In this document: piece by piece, positions 1-11,652 of the stretch | Position numbering within the stretch: the stretch's first letter is position 1 | Layout: each line of letters starts with the position of its first letter | Assembly: GCA_000934665.2 (NCBI GenBank) | Contig: KZ538516.1 | Coordinates: 1 to 64,000 of the forward strand | Length of the DNA: 64,000 nt | Source: Catajapyx aquilonaris | Lineage: Eukaryota | Direction of reading: 5' to 3' | Position numbers and translations under genes: made by a program | The notes under the pieces: model-generated | What the model was told of the DNA's origin: nothing | What the model saw: the letters and a program-made list of their open reading frames with translations, nothing else | Databases searched by the model: none

Positions 1-93
1 CAAAAATTCGCACTCTTCGTGACGTAAAAGACGCGAAAAAGCGAAACATGAAATTCGCTCGCAAGTATTTACTCGCGTATATGTGAATGAGCC
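1..93. mobile_element. Probable right end of a PIF/Harbinger-type MITE, truncated by the window edge
   Basis: Ends ...ATGTGAATGAGCC followed by TTA, typical of GGC-starting Harbinger TIRs with a TWA target; the partner TIR is not in the window. Confidence 0.3.
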
Positions 94-780
94 TTAAATA
101 CTGTAGCATCTACCAAAAATTCAGCTTGGACTTTATTTTCTCTTCCAAGTAAAAGAAACTGGCATGTTCCATTCTTTCTATTTTTAAATATGCTGCTCAT
201 TTATTGGCAATTTTAGGCTAAAAATTTATTGCCATATTCCCATGACAAAGCATGGCGGAGATTCCACTTTTGGACAGTTTCAAAAATATCAATAAAAATG
301 TGCAAAACCTTTTTCATCAACCCCTTTCAATTCCAATTCCATTAATGTACTTGAAATGGCAAATATGATATGTAACTGGGGCTTAACCCTCACGCAGCCG
401 TGTCCGTGCAGCACAGACAAATACTTTGAGAATTTTTTCCAAAAAATTTATAAATCGTACATGAACGTGATTTTCGGCATATTCACAAGCAAAACACACA
501 GAATCCCCCACAAAAATCACATGTTCAAGTCCTTTTTCGTATGACATCATCTGCCGGCGGCCATATTGAAAAAATTATATGCGCAATGATAGAGATTGTA
601 TGAAGACTAGCTCAATTGTGGGAATTTAGCCATTCATGAGATCGGTTTCTAAGCAATATTTCGCATAAAAGTGTTCTTTAAGCATGTATACTTCACCGCT
701 ATGTTTTTCTGACCCCCAAGTAGCTGCTTAGTAGTAGTTATAGCTGTTATGCCACCACGGCCTAGATCAGCCCCGGCTCA

Positions 781-993
781 AAGCCGGTATCCACGATAGA
801 GTTTCTCTCATAAGAGTCCTCTTACGCGAGAAATCTTGTACGTCGAGACGGACTCTTTGTCGCCTCAGGGCCCCTGTTGTCCCTCTAAAAGGGGATTAAA
901 GTTGAAAATTTTCAACTTTTCCTCTTTCCTCGTATCCGGGCATGCGCAGTTGGCTCCTCTTATGAGAGAAAACTCTTACGTCGGTACCGGCTT
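781..993 (+). mobile_element. PIF/Harbinger (Tourist-like) MITE, copy 1, inserted in the left TIR of the hAT element
   Basis: ~35-bp imperfect TIRs (AAGCCGGTATCCACGATAGAGTTTCTCTCATAAGAG / CTCTTATGAGAGAAAACTCTTACGTCGGTACCGGCTT); 3-bp TSD TCA (778-780, 994-996); homologous to 3464-3662. Confidence 0.75.
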
Positions 994-1147
994 TCACTCT
1001 CCCTCTTTTCGCATGAGCTTACCTGATCTCCTCCACCGAGGGGGATTGGCCATGGTCGGTGCTCGAGTCATGCACCGAGATGGTGGCGCCTTACCTAGCG
1101 GGGCAATTCTGAACCATTAGGGTCGACTCCGATTGGCTGAAGTTTAA

Positions 1148-3023
1148 CCCAGATATGCCGAGTGTGCCCTATAGGGGACACCTGCACAGTTATTACATTT
1201 TAATTTTTTGCACGGGTTCTTCTGCTCATAAAGAGCTGGCAGTAGTGATGGGGACTTCAGTAGAGTCCCAGCTAACTATACAAGTTCAAACCTGCTCAAT
1301 ATTGCTTCAGATTTTTAAGATACAGGTGTTTGAATTTTAACGCAGGAAATAATGGCTGCACCTCCACGTTCCGAAGATGATTAGTAATTAATTCTCAAAT
1401 GTTGATTAGCATTATGAGTTATTTTTTGTTTGTAATACTTAGAAAACTTATGAATGATGATGTCCATGTGGAAATATAGGCATATTTTTTACTTTCCTTG
1501 TCTGAGGGTGGCGTTGAAATCGGGTGTCCCCTATGAGGGACACTCGGCTAATGCACAAATGGACCGGCAAGTCAAGTACCGGTAATCTAGGCTACTGTAT
1601 GCGTCCGGATTTTGTGCGTTTTGTCGAACTGAATTTTTATGAATCCCTATTTTTAAAACGAGGGTTACCTGGCAACTGGGTTGCCATGGCAACCATCGTA
1701 GCTATGCTGGTAACCCATTGCCATGTACAATCAACCATTATCATGCACACAAACTTTCTCTTTTGGGTACAGTGAAGCCCAGTGGCGGATCTATGGAAGG
1801 GGGGGGGGGGGGGAGGATCGGGGNNNNNNNNNNNNNNNNNNNNNNNNNNNNNNNNNNNNGAGAGGGAGAGAGGGGGAGAGAGAGAGAGCGGCGAAAAATC
1901 ACCCCCCCCCCCCCCACCAACGACGTCTAGAAACCTGTGTATAAGCAGAATAGCACGGTGCCCTAGAAATATCGTAATTGACAAGTTTCCGCTGAAAATT
2001 ACGATTTTCCTAGTCATCAGCACCAAACGGGAAAGACGAGTGGAAGTGACCGCTGCAACGGCGCAAAGCATTGTGGGCAGAGAGTGGGGGAGGAAAAAAA
2101 GTGGCGCTGTTGTTGCGGATCGCGCGCGAACCATTCGATGTCGGATATACATAGTACGGTATATCAGCCGTTTCCGCTATATTCGACACGGTATTTATGT
2201 CCTATACATACGCCCGTTCCCGGAAAAATTTCGCAATGGACAAGTTTTTGTAAGACTCAGGGTATGTTATGGACAGGTTTCACTACATATGTCTGAGTGA
2301 ATCCTGTCCATAACGGACCCTGAACGTAACCGAAACTTGCCTATTGCGGAATTTTTCTGGTAACGGCCGTATGGAAAGTACACGATTTCCGCGTCGAATA
2401 TAGCGGAAATTGGGTAATTTTCATACACCAGTTACCAGAAAAATTCTGCAATAGGCAAGTTTCCATTATACACAGGGTCCGTTGTGGACAGGGTTCACGG
2501 TATATTTATATACAGCGAACAACCTGTACATATCTGACTAGCAAGTGACTCTAAAATTCCGCAATGAGCAAGTTTCCGCTATACCCTCCTGAGACCCGAG
2601 AAGCCATTTGTGCAATTATTTAGTAATACTTTGAAAGAACCTTCTGTAGTGGAGGTGTAGAAGCCATTTTTCAGAATTTCATATTTTTGTTGCAATCACT
2701 TATTGCTAATTTAGATGTCCTATATATAGGACACTAGGTCTTCGCTATAACATTCCTTCTCTATATTTTTCAATTAATTAAAAAACACTTTCATCTTTAT
2801 TTCAATACAGCAGCCTATATCTTACGTTTTCCTTGTATATACAGTATAGCCATACTAGATGTTACATTTGCCGAGTGTCCCCTATAGGGGACGGCACTTT
2901 TCTTACAATCTAGCATTCCATAAATTTTTTTATCATTTTTGTTGTGTTTTGGGGACTATCATGAACTAATAAAATCAAACAAAAACCAAAATTTAAACAA
3001 AAAATCTTTCAGGCATATCTGGG
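1148..3023. mobile_element. Non-autonomous piggyBac-type element
   Basis: TTAA TSD at 1144-1147 and 3024-3027; 12-bp TIR CCCAGATATGCC / GGCATATCTGGG; palindromic subterminal motif GTGTCCCCTATAGGGGACAC-like at ~1160, ~1525 and ~2872; no transposase ORF. Confidence 0.8.
2168..2500. repeat. Imperfect ~245-bp palindrome plus a third partial unit inside the piggyBac element
   Basis: TTTCCGCTATATTCGACACGG (~2170) pairs with CCGCGTCGAATATAGCGGAAA (~2389); GGACAGGTTTCACT pairs with AGTGAATCCTGTCC around 2290; the unit recurs at ~2428-2500. Confidence 0.65.
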
Positions 3024-3463
3024 TTAAAAAGGCCTCCTGTGCTACACCAGGCTCTTTTTAACCAATAGACTACCTCCAGCCATTCGGAGTCGACCCTAAT
3101 GGTCCAGAATTGCCCCGCTAGGTAAGGTGCCACCATCTTGGTGCATGACTCTAGCGGTGACCGTGGCCAATCCCCCTTGGTGGGGGAGATTTGATAACCT
3201 CATGGGGGTAGCAATGTACTGGTATAGGGAGTGACTGGGGGCTGGCCTAGATTGTGAGATCTGGCGGGAGCATCCATTCAATGCGATTCGATGATATAGG
3301 CTGCATGGGGCTAACACAAGCCATTGGTGAGATGGAATTTTTTATATTCCTAAAAACTGGTTGACCTCGACTACACTGGCAAGTGAGGTAATTTACAGTA
3401 TTTCTGTATTTGTTGGTCAGCCTTTTGGTGCAATGATCCAGTACCTTGTCTGAGTATGTCTCA

Positions 3464-3662
3464 AGGCCGTTATCCACGTACGAGGTTTCTCGCATACGAG
3501 GAGCCAACTGTGCATGCCCGGATGCGAGGAACGAGGAAAAGTTGAAAATTTTCAACTTTAATCCCCTTTTCGAGGGACAAGAGGGGCCCTGAGGCGACAA
3601 AGAGTCCGTCTCGACGTACAAGATTTCTTGCGTAAGAGGAACTCGCACGACGATACCGGCCT
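3464..3662 (-). mobile_element. PIF/Harbinger MITE, copy 2, opposite orientation to 781-993
   Basis: Reverse-complement match to 781-993; termini AGGCCG / CCGGCCT; TSD TCA at 3461-3463 and 3663-3665. Confidence 0.75.
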
Positions 3663-3729
3663 TCAGGCTTACATGCCACTTAGCTATTCAATTTTCATTT
3701 ACACCCTGTGTTCTCACCCTGATATCTTG

Positions 3730-3770
3730 CAATCTTGGTAGGAGTTATCCAATCTTGGTAGGAGTTATCC
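3730..3770. repeat. 20-bp tandem duplication
   Basis: CAATCTTGGTAGGAGTTATC occurs twice in tandem. Confidence 0.85.
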
Positions 3771-3996
3771 TACGGCATATCCTACTCAGTGGCACAAAGT
3801 TGGCAAGTGATCCCCCTGTCCCTGGTCCGTCCTGTCGACTCCTCAGTCTACTTCAACGCTCATCCCCTCCGAAACACGTCTGTGCAGGTAGGTTCACAGG
3901 TGACACAGACTAGTGTTCAAGCAAAGACCTGCGTCATGCCTGCGTAGAGAAAACAATGGTACCTTTCTTCTTCATCTGTACATTACACAACCTTAC

Positions 3997-3999
3997 CAT
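3997..3999 (-). CDS. Candidate ATG-only first coding exon of a gene running leftward out of the window
   Basis: Minus strand reads CACAAAATG|GTAAGG (good initiation context plus consensus donor), with CpG-rich non-repetitive sequence upstream at ~4030-4330; no downstream exon identified. Confidence 0.35.
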
Positions 4000-4851
4000 T
4001 TTGTGAGATTGGAGGCTGAAGAATGGACTACGACATCGTGTAGAGACTTTCGCGCCAACAATACCGGTAGTCCCACGTCACTTGGTCGTTAGCGTGTCTT
4101 GTCTCGTTCTCGTGTGTTTCATAATTCATTTGTCCGTTTGTCGTCTTTGTAGTTTGACAGTAGTATGACTAATGACCGCTAGTGGCGCTGGCTGCACTGC
4201 TTTTTGAGCTAGTTTACAAATAGAGAAACAGATGGCGGGTCATGTATAGTATGCGACTTGTGCACGATTCGACAATACAGTATCAAGATACAGTACTGAT
4301 CTTCAAATTTTCATTTCGTCGACAAAATAGTATCGTATTACGGTATTAGTAGGAAAAATTCACTGTAAAAAAAAATCAGTTTCGAGATGATACAAAGCAA
4401 ATATGTGACCTTGCACTTGCTTACAACCACATCCCATCAGTGTGATGGTTTTTGGTTGGCTTTGGCTCATTATGAATCGTTAGGACTTAAGGGACTTCAC
4501 CAGACGATAGAACATTAAAACTGCTGTAATGGTGTAAATGACTCAAAACCGCCAAAATAGGACTTAATGGATTGCACAGGCAAGGCAACCTATAGGCAAT
4601 TGCCTATAGGGCCGTAGATTTCAATAATAAGGGGCTGCTTTAGGCATAGGCGATAGGCCTACAAAAAAAAAGTAAACGAAGAATAAATAATAAATAATTA
4701 CGTGACTGCAACTTTACACATGTATACCCACAATATGTTGCAATAAAATGCGAAGTGTGGGACTTATCATATACAGTAGCCTATACACTATACTTCATTT
4801 CCTTGCACCGGAGATTGAAGAAAAAAGTACAAGAAAATTGATGATGGTGTA

Positions 4852-5012
4852 CAGTGTTGGACATAAATCGAGGCATACTGCCAGCGACATTTCCGAAGCG
4901 GCAGAAGAAGGAATCTTTCTCGCCCGGCTTGCAATATCCTTATCGTCGATTCCTTTTTCTGCCACTTCGGAAAATGTCGCTAGTAATATGCCTCGATTAA
5001 TGCCCAACACTG
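4852..5012. mobile_element. Tc1/mariner-type hairpin MITE
   Basis: TA-flanked CAGTG...CACTG; ~64-bp arms around a ~32-nt spacer; same family as 63838-63999. Confidence 0.8.
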
Positions 5013-5728
5013 TACCACCCCCCAAAAAGGCCTATGTAGGCCTGTCACGGGGTAAAATAAATAAAATAATAAATAAATAAATAAACAAAGTATACTTCAT
5101 TTGCTTGTGTTATGATAGGTTTTGCTTGTCGGAGGAGAAGTAAATCGCCGAGAAATACCACGCGATTTGTAATCCTTACGCTTACCACTTACCACTTAAT
5201 ATTGTAGACTACCATAATTATACTAGACTACGTAGTACCAAGGTAGTACGTATAGTTACATTATAGAGTATATTATGGTTGGAACAAGTTTCTGCAGCTC
5301 AGTATTTCGTGATTAAGTTCAATTAACAAAATAATTAAGTTATGCAGCAAACAAGTAGGCAACATATGGTGCGGCAAACAAATATGCCGTAAAGTTCAGG
5401 AAAGAGCAGAAGTATAGGCCTACAACTTATATAGGATACCGGTAGTAGAAAAGGTGGAGTTCCTCTCGGAAGTGGGTGCCCCCAGTTTATTTTGCCCCTT
5501 TCGAATCCTTTATAGTAATGGCCTAATGGGTCTTCACCCTGTGCACCAGGCGACCCGTGCAGCGCCTAGATTGTGGGTTGGCCTAACCCGTAAGAGGGCC
5601 CATTATCTCCGTAATGGATTCGAAGTCGCCAAAATCAACTAGGAAAATTTTGTCTTATATTATTTCAGGGAACCATCAATTTTTTAAGGAAGCTATTACC
5701 TCTCACATACATTGTTACACATGGTGAA

Positions 5729-5754
5729 TAGTAGTAGTAGTAGTAGTAGTAGTA

Positions 5755-5819
<65 letters not shown>
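5729..5819. repeat. Compound microsatellite (TAG)n(TAA)n forming the tail of the adjacent SINE
   Basis: Directly visible trinucleotide runs. Confidence 0.95.
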
Positions 5820-5820
<1 letters not shown>

Positions 5821-6067
5821 GATATCCCGTGATAGGTCTCCTTGGGCCTCTTAGGGGATCATCTTTTAATTGACCGTCTTTATTCGTTGCTTGTCATGTG
5901 ATGGATTTTAATAGTGGGAGGAAACGGGAGGACCTCGAAAAAACCCACGCGAACACTGAGAGAACCCATCGAAACTCTTTCCACATAAGTATCCTCCGTC
6001 CGACCCGGGGATCGAACTCGGGACCTGAGAGGTGGAAGGTGCTAACCACTACACCACCGTGTCGCCC
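5732..6067 (-). mobile_element. tRNA-derived SINE, family A (V/Meta-domain-like core)
   Basis: Minus strand has A box TGGTGTAGTGG, B box GTTCGATCC, core GTGTTCGCGTGGGTTTTTTCGAGGTCCTCCCGTTTCCTCCCAC and an (ATT)n tail; near-TSD ATGGTGAATAG / ATGGCGAATAG; homologous to 56967-57234. Confidence 0.85.
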
Positions 6068-7171
6068 TATGGCGAATAGGGTGGCACACACTTTACCAAC
6101 CATAAACTTTAACAATGAAAAGACATTTATGCGTTTTTTTGCAAGAGTGCTGAACGTTTCAGTCCTTTTGTTATTTACCCCAACAAATGAAATCCATGAC
6201 AATTATTACGTTCTCACTAGCTGCCATTAATTCCTGCTGCCTTGGATGGCATGTTAGGTAGCCTACAGTACCGATCAGGTACCGATTTTGATTTGGTAAA
6301 AATGTAAAGATAGCCCCTTGAAGAGCGGCAATAGGTAAATCAAGAGAAGTGCATAGGTCATCTAACTTGCAGGATGAAATCGACAGATTATGGTGTTTTC
6401 TTCAGTCAGTAGAATAATATTGGGTTCGTAACAGTTGTGCAAATAGAGGTCGTTTACAAACTGCTGATCACAAAATAATGTTCATGGAACTCGTAGCAAC
6501 TGAATTGGTTTATGAAGGTACCCTATTTGTGCCATTAAGCTGTGTTTTTTTTTATTGAATAGTCATTCTGGACTGGTCTGTGGGCTATCAAAGGGCGCTG
6601 AAAAAAATATTAAAACAATGATTTCGAACCGGTACTTTTACGAGCAACAAAAATTTTATACCTGATATCAGGCGGAATCCTTGCTGATATGTCAGGTGAC
6701 AAATGGACTGCAACAGCTGATTCTCCTGTTGACTCACTGGCATTCGATATCAAGGACAAAACCCCTGGTATTCATCTCCTCTCCCTCCCACACCCGGCAA
6801 TCTTATTGCAAATTGTGATAAGAAACCTTGTCCTGAATATACTGTATCTAGAACCGAATACTGATTAGGCCTTTTGAGTATTCAATGCAATATTTTGTGA
6901 CAGTTATTGGCGGAAAGGCAGCACATAATGTTACATGTTTCAGGATATGATTATACCATGAGTTTCATGCGGTACGCTTACGATAGTTGAGTCGCAATTC
7001 ATGCTTAATTCTTGTCACTAACCACCGTTGCCATGAATCAATGGGTGTTTCTTGTTATTAAAGATGTTGATAACGTGATCAATCCTACGCCCACATGCCC
7101 CAATCTGCATCCGTGTCTGTTCTCCATAAGAGCACGACGACGGCCGTAATGGTCGCAATTCTCTCATTATA

Positions 7172-7595
7172 CAGGGTGTATGTGAACTCAGTGCCCCGAA
7201 GTATATGACTGCCTTCCTAGCCACCAGAGGATCGATTTAAGTATAGGAGTCATATGTCTGGGCAGCCTCATTACTGAGATACACTCTTTAGCGATTTTTG
7301 CCTAATCGCTCCTTCTGACTTTTAAATAGAATTTTCTGGTGTAACTAGCCAAAGAGGCCTTACCACCTGTGGGAAACAAACCAAAAAAGTCCGGCCCCCA
7401 GACCTTCCAGAGCCTTCTGACTGGGGGAGGGTTCGATGGGTGGCCTAACCGACAGGATATTTTGTACTACATGTTTGCGGCCAATTATCTCCGTAATGAG
7501 GCTGCCCAGACATATGACTCCTATACTTAAATCGATCCTCTGGTGGCTAGGAAGGCAGTCATATACGTCGGGGCACTGAGTTCAGATACACCCTG
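7172..7595. mobile_element. Tc1/mariner-type MITE with ~110-bp TIRs
   Basis: TA|CAGGGTGT...ACACCCTG|TA; 7172-~7281 is a near-perfect reverse complement of ~7486-7595. Confidence 0.9.
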
Positions 7596-7740
7596 TATAG
7601 GGTTGGTATATCTAGCTGTACCTATGCGTCTTGCAAGGGCATCAACTTTATTTGCTCCCATGAGAATGGCCGTCGAGGTTCTAAACCAGCTAGGGCCAAG
7701 TGGAGAGACAGAGAGGGTCTCCAAGTGACCGTTAGTCTTG

Positions 7741-9081
7741 CAGTGGTTTTCAAACTGGGGTACGCGAACACAATAATTTAGGGGGTACGCGAAATATATC
7801 GTGCAATGGCGTCCAGTCTCTACATTTGTTGGGAACCATATTCTTATTCAAGAAGAATGAACCAGCTTCTGAGAAAAACGCAAAAAATCGTCATACTTAC
7901 ACATTCCCATCTTTCTTTTTGCTATTACTGTATTATTATAGTGGTGATTTATTACATGCAGAGGCATTTTCTGACTTGCCATTGTCATTCGTCACACGCG
8001 TTGAAACTCAAGAAGCAACAGTGTTAATTCGAACAACTGGTTCAATTCTAACATTGCGGTTTGCGACATTGTGAATGATTTGAAAATGAGGCGCTTAGAA
8101 CAAAAGTGGCCCAAGTCCATTTTTATCACTTTCGAGATACGACCGCCCTCACTCTCATAATGCTACTCCAAGTTTATGCAAAATTAGTGTAAGTCCTAAG
8201 TTGGACATTTGGCCAATAGTTGGCATAATCTTATTTATTCTCCAATGGGAATTGCCTACATCATGGAGCATTTCAGGTCAGTTTTCGTGGCTTTATTTTT
8301 TTGGACTTGGGCCACTTTTGTTCTAAGCGCCTCAAATAATCTCTGGCTGCAGAGCCTGATCTACCTGGCCTAAAAAAATTTCGAGTCTCAACAAATGAAA
8401 CTGGGGGATTTAAGACGGCGGTGACCGCCAATATATTTAATCTGCAAAACAAAATTGAAGGAATGATCAAAAAATTCCAGTTTTAGGAATGTTATGTATA
8501 CAAGATAGGAACTTGGCTTGCTTTCCAGCAATTTCCAAAAATTTCAAAGCGACAGTGGAGGCCCAGTTGAGGTCAGCGTCCAAGCCAACATATTGGACCA
8601 CAATTATTTTTCCAAGATGGACATGTCTATCAACTGCATCATAAGTTTGAGATTTCTTTACCCCTCCCGAACATGTCAGTGCAGAATCAGGAAAAGTTCA
8701 TCAAAATTTCTAGGAATGGAAGTTGAAATTTGAAAAAACCCTTATGAACTTTTGGGCTGAAAAAATGGAAGACTATCCGGGCCTGGCGACCAGAGCTCTG
8801 AAGAAGGCCTACACTACTTGATTTATCATTCTCTAACTGTCTAATATTATGTGAAGCTGTGTTTTTGGCATCAACGTCCATGAAAACTAAGGACGGCATC
8901 GTCATCGACTGTGTTGAGAAAGACCTCAGTCTTAAGTTGACGCCACTTGTCCCCAATATTAACCATAAGTGTGGATGAAAGAAAGCGCACACATCACACT
9001 AATGACAGTCGGAGTGTGGGTACAAACTGTCTTGACATATTTGAAAAGGGGTACGCGACAAAAAAAGTTTGGGAACCACAG
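7741..9081 (+). mobile_element. Decayed hAT (Buster/Charlie, ZBED5/FAM200-like) transposon remnant
   Basis: TIRs CAGTGGTTTTCAAACT / AGTTTGGGAACCACAG; subterminal GGGGTACGCGA repeats; disrupted dimerisation-domain peptide FW...YPGLATRAL...LCEAVFLASTSMKTK...VEKDLSLKLTPLVPNI at ~8750-8965. Confidence 0.75.
8088..8333. mobile_element. Sola-like MITE nested in the hAT remnant
   Basis: 32-bp perfect TIR GAGGCGCTTAGAACAAAAGTGGCCCAAGTCCA; GAG...CTC termini; 4-bp TSD AAAT (8084-8087, 8334-8337). Confidence 0.75.
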
Positions 9082-10240
9082 GTCAGTCTCATTAGGTGAA
9101 TTCAACAAGGTAAATGATTGGTCATGTAATACAGTCGCTGTGCATAATTTATTGTTGACCTCGTGGGGATCCATTTGCGGCATTACATACCTTTACTTTT
9201 ACAACGATCGGAACATTAACACACTGAACAGAGAACCAGTTTTGTGTATGGTGTTTTCATACATGAGTTTTGAGATTCGACCGCTAAAGTATAATGCATA
9301 TAATTATGACAATAAAAAGAACAAATGGCGCATTATACTATGCCTTTGGAACAAACAACTAGTTACTGACATACGGTAAGTTATTTTGTAGGGTGTTTTT
9401 CATTGATCATTTGATAATATCATGTTGAGACAAACAAACAAGTGTCTATCTTAATTGGTACTGACATATGAATAATATTGGACAGCTGCATTATATTGTG
9501 TCGTAATTAGTAAAATAAATCTTTGCGTTAATAATCACTTAAACATCCCGAGTTTTCCCCTCTAAGGTGAAATATGCTATCACACTAGACATTCTATTCT
9601 CTAAAGCTCTATAGAGACCACTGATCCTATTTTTTTTACACAAAGTTGCATGCATGAGTCACACTTGTAAGGTGTGGTCAATGGTTGCATAGAAATCACA
9701 ATTGGTGACAATAAAGAGAAAAAAATATTTCATTCGGGTCCTGTAGAGGATCGTCATTAAATTTGTCTAAATTAGCTTTGCAAAAAAAAATACAAGTGCT
9801 ACGAACATTTTCATTGTCAAGTTAAAACTGGGTTACTGACAATTGCTTTTGAAAGGACCCACCACCATAAAACTCGGCTCTAATAAACCACTAGAAATCT
9901 CTTCTTCCGGCATAAAAATGCATACAGGTCTTCTTCTGTTTGCTTTCAAACACTCCCACTATACAATATTTGTATTTTTTTTACCCAAACCGAAATGAAG
10001 ACCTTTGTGCTTCTCTCTAATGTACTGACTAACGCAACTTCGTAATCAGTTCTCAAGCCACGTAATAGTGTATCGAGCTTGTATTATTAATACTGTGTCT
10101 GGTCTTGTGTAAATCTGAAATACATAGGCCATCTGATCCGGAGCATTTTCATTCCCTGTGTAATTCCCAAGTTACTATCTGACCTCCAAGCATCAGTCAA
10201 AAAACTACACTGCCATATCATATTTAGCGCGGCGTGTCAG

Positions 10241-10246
10241 TTTATT
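10241..10246 (-). promoter_or_regulatory. Candidate polyadenylation signal of GCH1
   Basis: AATAAA on the minus strand ~380 nt past the stop; a second one at ~10280-10285. Confidence 0.4.
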
Positions 10247-10625
10247 GCAATTTTCAAAAATTACAAAATAAATACATCCTTTATTTTTAACACTCTTTAA
10301 AGTGACTTTTGTCGTGACCTATGAATTTCGTCTCTTCTCTACTAATTTCTTCGATGTGAAAAATAGTTTACCTAACCCCCCTGACATTCCTTGGTCCCAG
10401 CAGGAAAACGTACGAAAATACTGCTCTAAAATAATGACAGTAATAAAATATAGTGCTTCCATTCTCTTTTTTTTCATTCTCTCTGCTCCTAAAGGAACCT
10501 TGGGAAAACAATCTGGCGATAATAAATATAGGATACCATACGTACAGACGGTTACAATTACACATATCGTTGGCCCTCGTTTCTTCTTGGCTTGTTTACG
10601 TCGAATGGAGGACAAATCCAGGTGT

Positions 10626-10755
10626 TTACTTGCTTCGGACCAAAGTAAGGAACTCCTCTCTAGTTTTAGGATCGTCTCTGAAGACTCCTAACATGGTGCT
10701 GGTAACAGTCTTGCTGTTGATTTTCTGGACACCTCTCATCACCATGCACATGTGC
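10626..10755 (-). CDS. GCH1: GTP cyclohydrolase I, coding exon 6 (last)
   Basis: TTCTTACTCCAG acceptor; [46 protein letters not shown], the conserved GCH1 C-terminus with the Zn-binding Cys. Confidence 0.98.
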
Positions 10756-11487
10756 CTGGAGTAAGAAGAAGAAAAGGTCAGAGTCCCTACTAACTTTCTG
10801 GTTGTCAAGGCAACTGCGAGAATCTTTCCCTCGAGTGCTATAAAAGGAGAGAAAGTACAGGAGATTGCAAACTCGTCTCATAATAATAATTTGACATTAA
10901 CATATCCCTATAAATAGTAGGTAAGCTCGTATAGAGAAAGTCTGTGTCTTTTGCAGCAGATTGGAATTTGCCGAAGTGGCTGGCCATGACTGTGACCTGT
11001 TGCGCCTTCTACATCGATCGGAATCTGCTCTATAGAGAACCTTCCTGAATTTGTGAATCCGTTGTCTGGTTCATTATTACTTTGGCTTCGACATGCGCCA
11101 AATCTGATGCGCTACTTGGAAGCGATGTAACCTAATTAGGCCTGTCCTAGCAGGCTTTCGGAAATGTAGCATTTCCCATATTGCGCCAGAGAGGTGGTTC
11201 CAGCCGGAAACTCTTGAAATTGGACACAACATGGTTCAGCTAATTGCGAATTACTTGTGACGCACTGTGTAGTAGGAGGAAAAACAAAAGAATTTCCGGA
11301 TTCAGCCAAATAGACCAACCCATGTCTCATTGCATAATTTTACGCGCGTCCAAATGCCCTTGTTTTCCTTCCAAGATAGAAAGTGGTTCCCCCAGTGCTC
11401 TTTACTGCCATTGATCCCACCCAGATAAGCTCTATGAGGCACTTCCTAAAGCACATGAACTATAATGCACGCATGTGGTTGACTTAC

Positions 11488-11572
11488 GTAGCTTCGATCA
11501 CGACTCCAACGCCTGTGGGCTCCACTGCTTTGGTAACAGCATGCGCGATTTGTCTAGTCAGTCGCTCTTGAA
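11488..11572 (-). CDS. GCH1: GTP cyclohydrolase I, coding exon 5 (85 nt)
   Basis: ATTTCCAG acceptor, GTAAGT donor; (V)QERLTRQIAHAVTKAVEPTGVGVVIEA(T). Confidence 0.97.
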
Positions 11573-11652
11573 CTGGAAATAGGGGAAAAAAATATGTAAT
11601 GTAACATTCTGCTAATCGAAGAGAAAAGTTCAGTAGTGCAATTTTTCCTTAC

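Larger units (their letters stand above)
768..3244. mobile_element. Non-autonomous hAT-type fold-back element with long imperfect TIRs, carrying nested insertions
   Basis: Termini CAGCCCC / GGGGCTG; perfect 8-bp TSD GCCTAGAT at 760-767 and 3245-3252; arm ~1010-1142 is the reverse complement of ~3075-3200. Confidence 0.75.

Noticed and set aside
1970..2022. Minus-strand CTGATGA...GAAAC resembling a hammerhead ribozyme core
   Set aside because: Stem II does not close properly next to the core and I could not build stems I and III
1637..2300. ORFs of 171-172 aa spanning poly-G/poly-C and Ns
   Set aside because: They lie inside a non-autonomous TE, cross an assembly gap and have no recognisable domain
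3247..3648. ORF containing YSDKVLDH, reminiscent of the IscU/NifU N-terminus
   Set aside because: Similarity stops after 8 residues (no NPRNVG) and half of the ORF is MITE sequence
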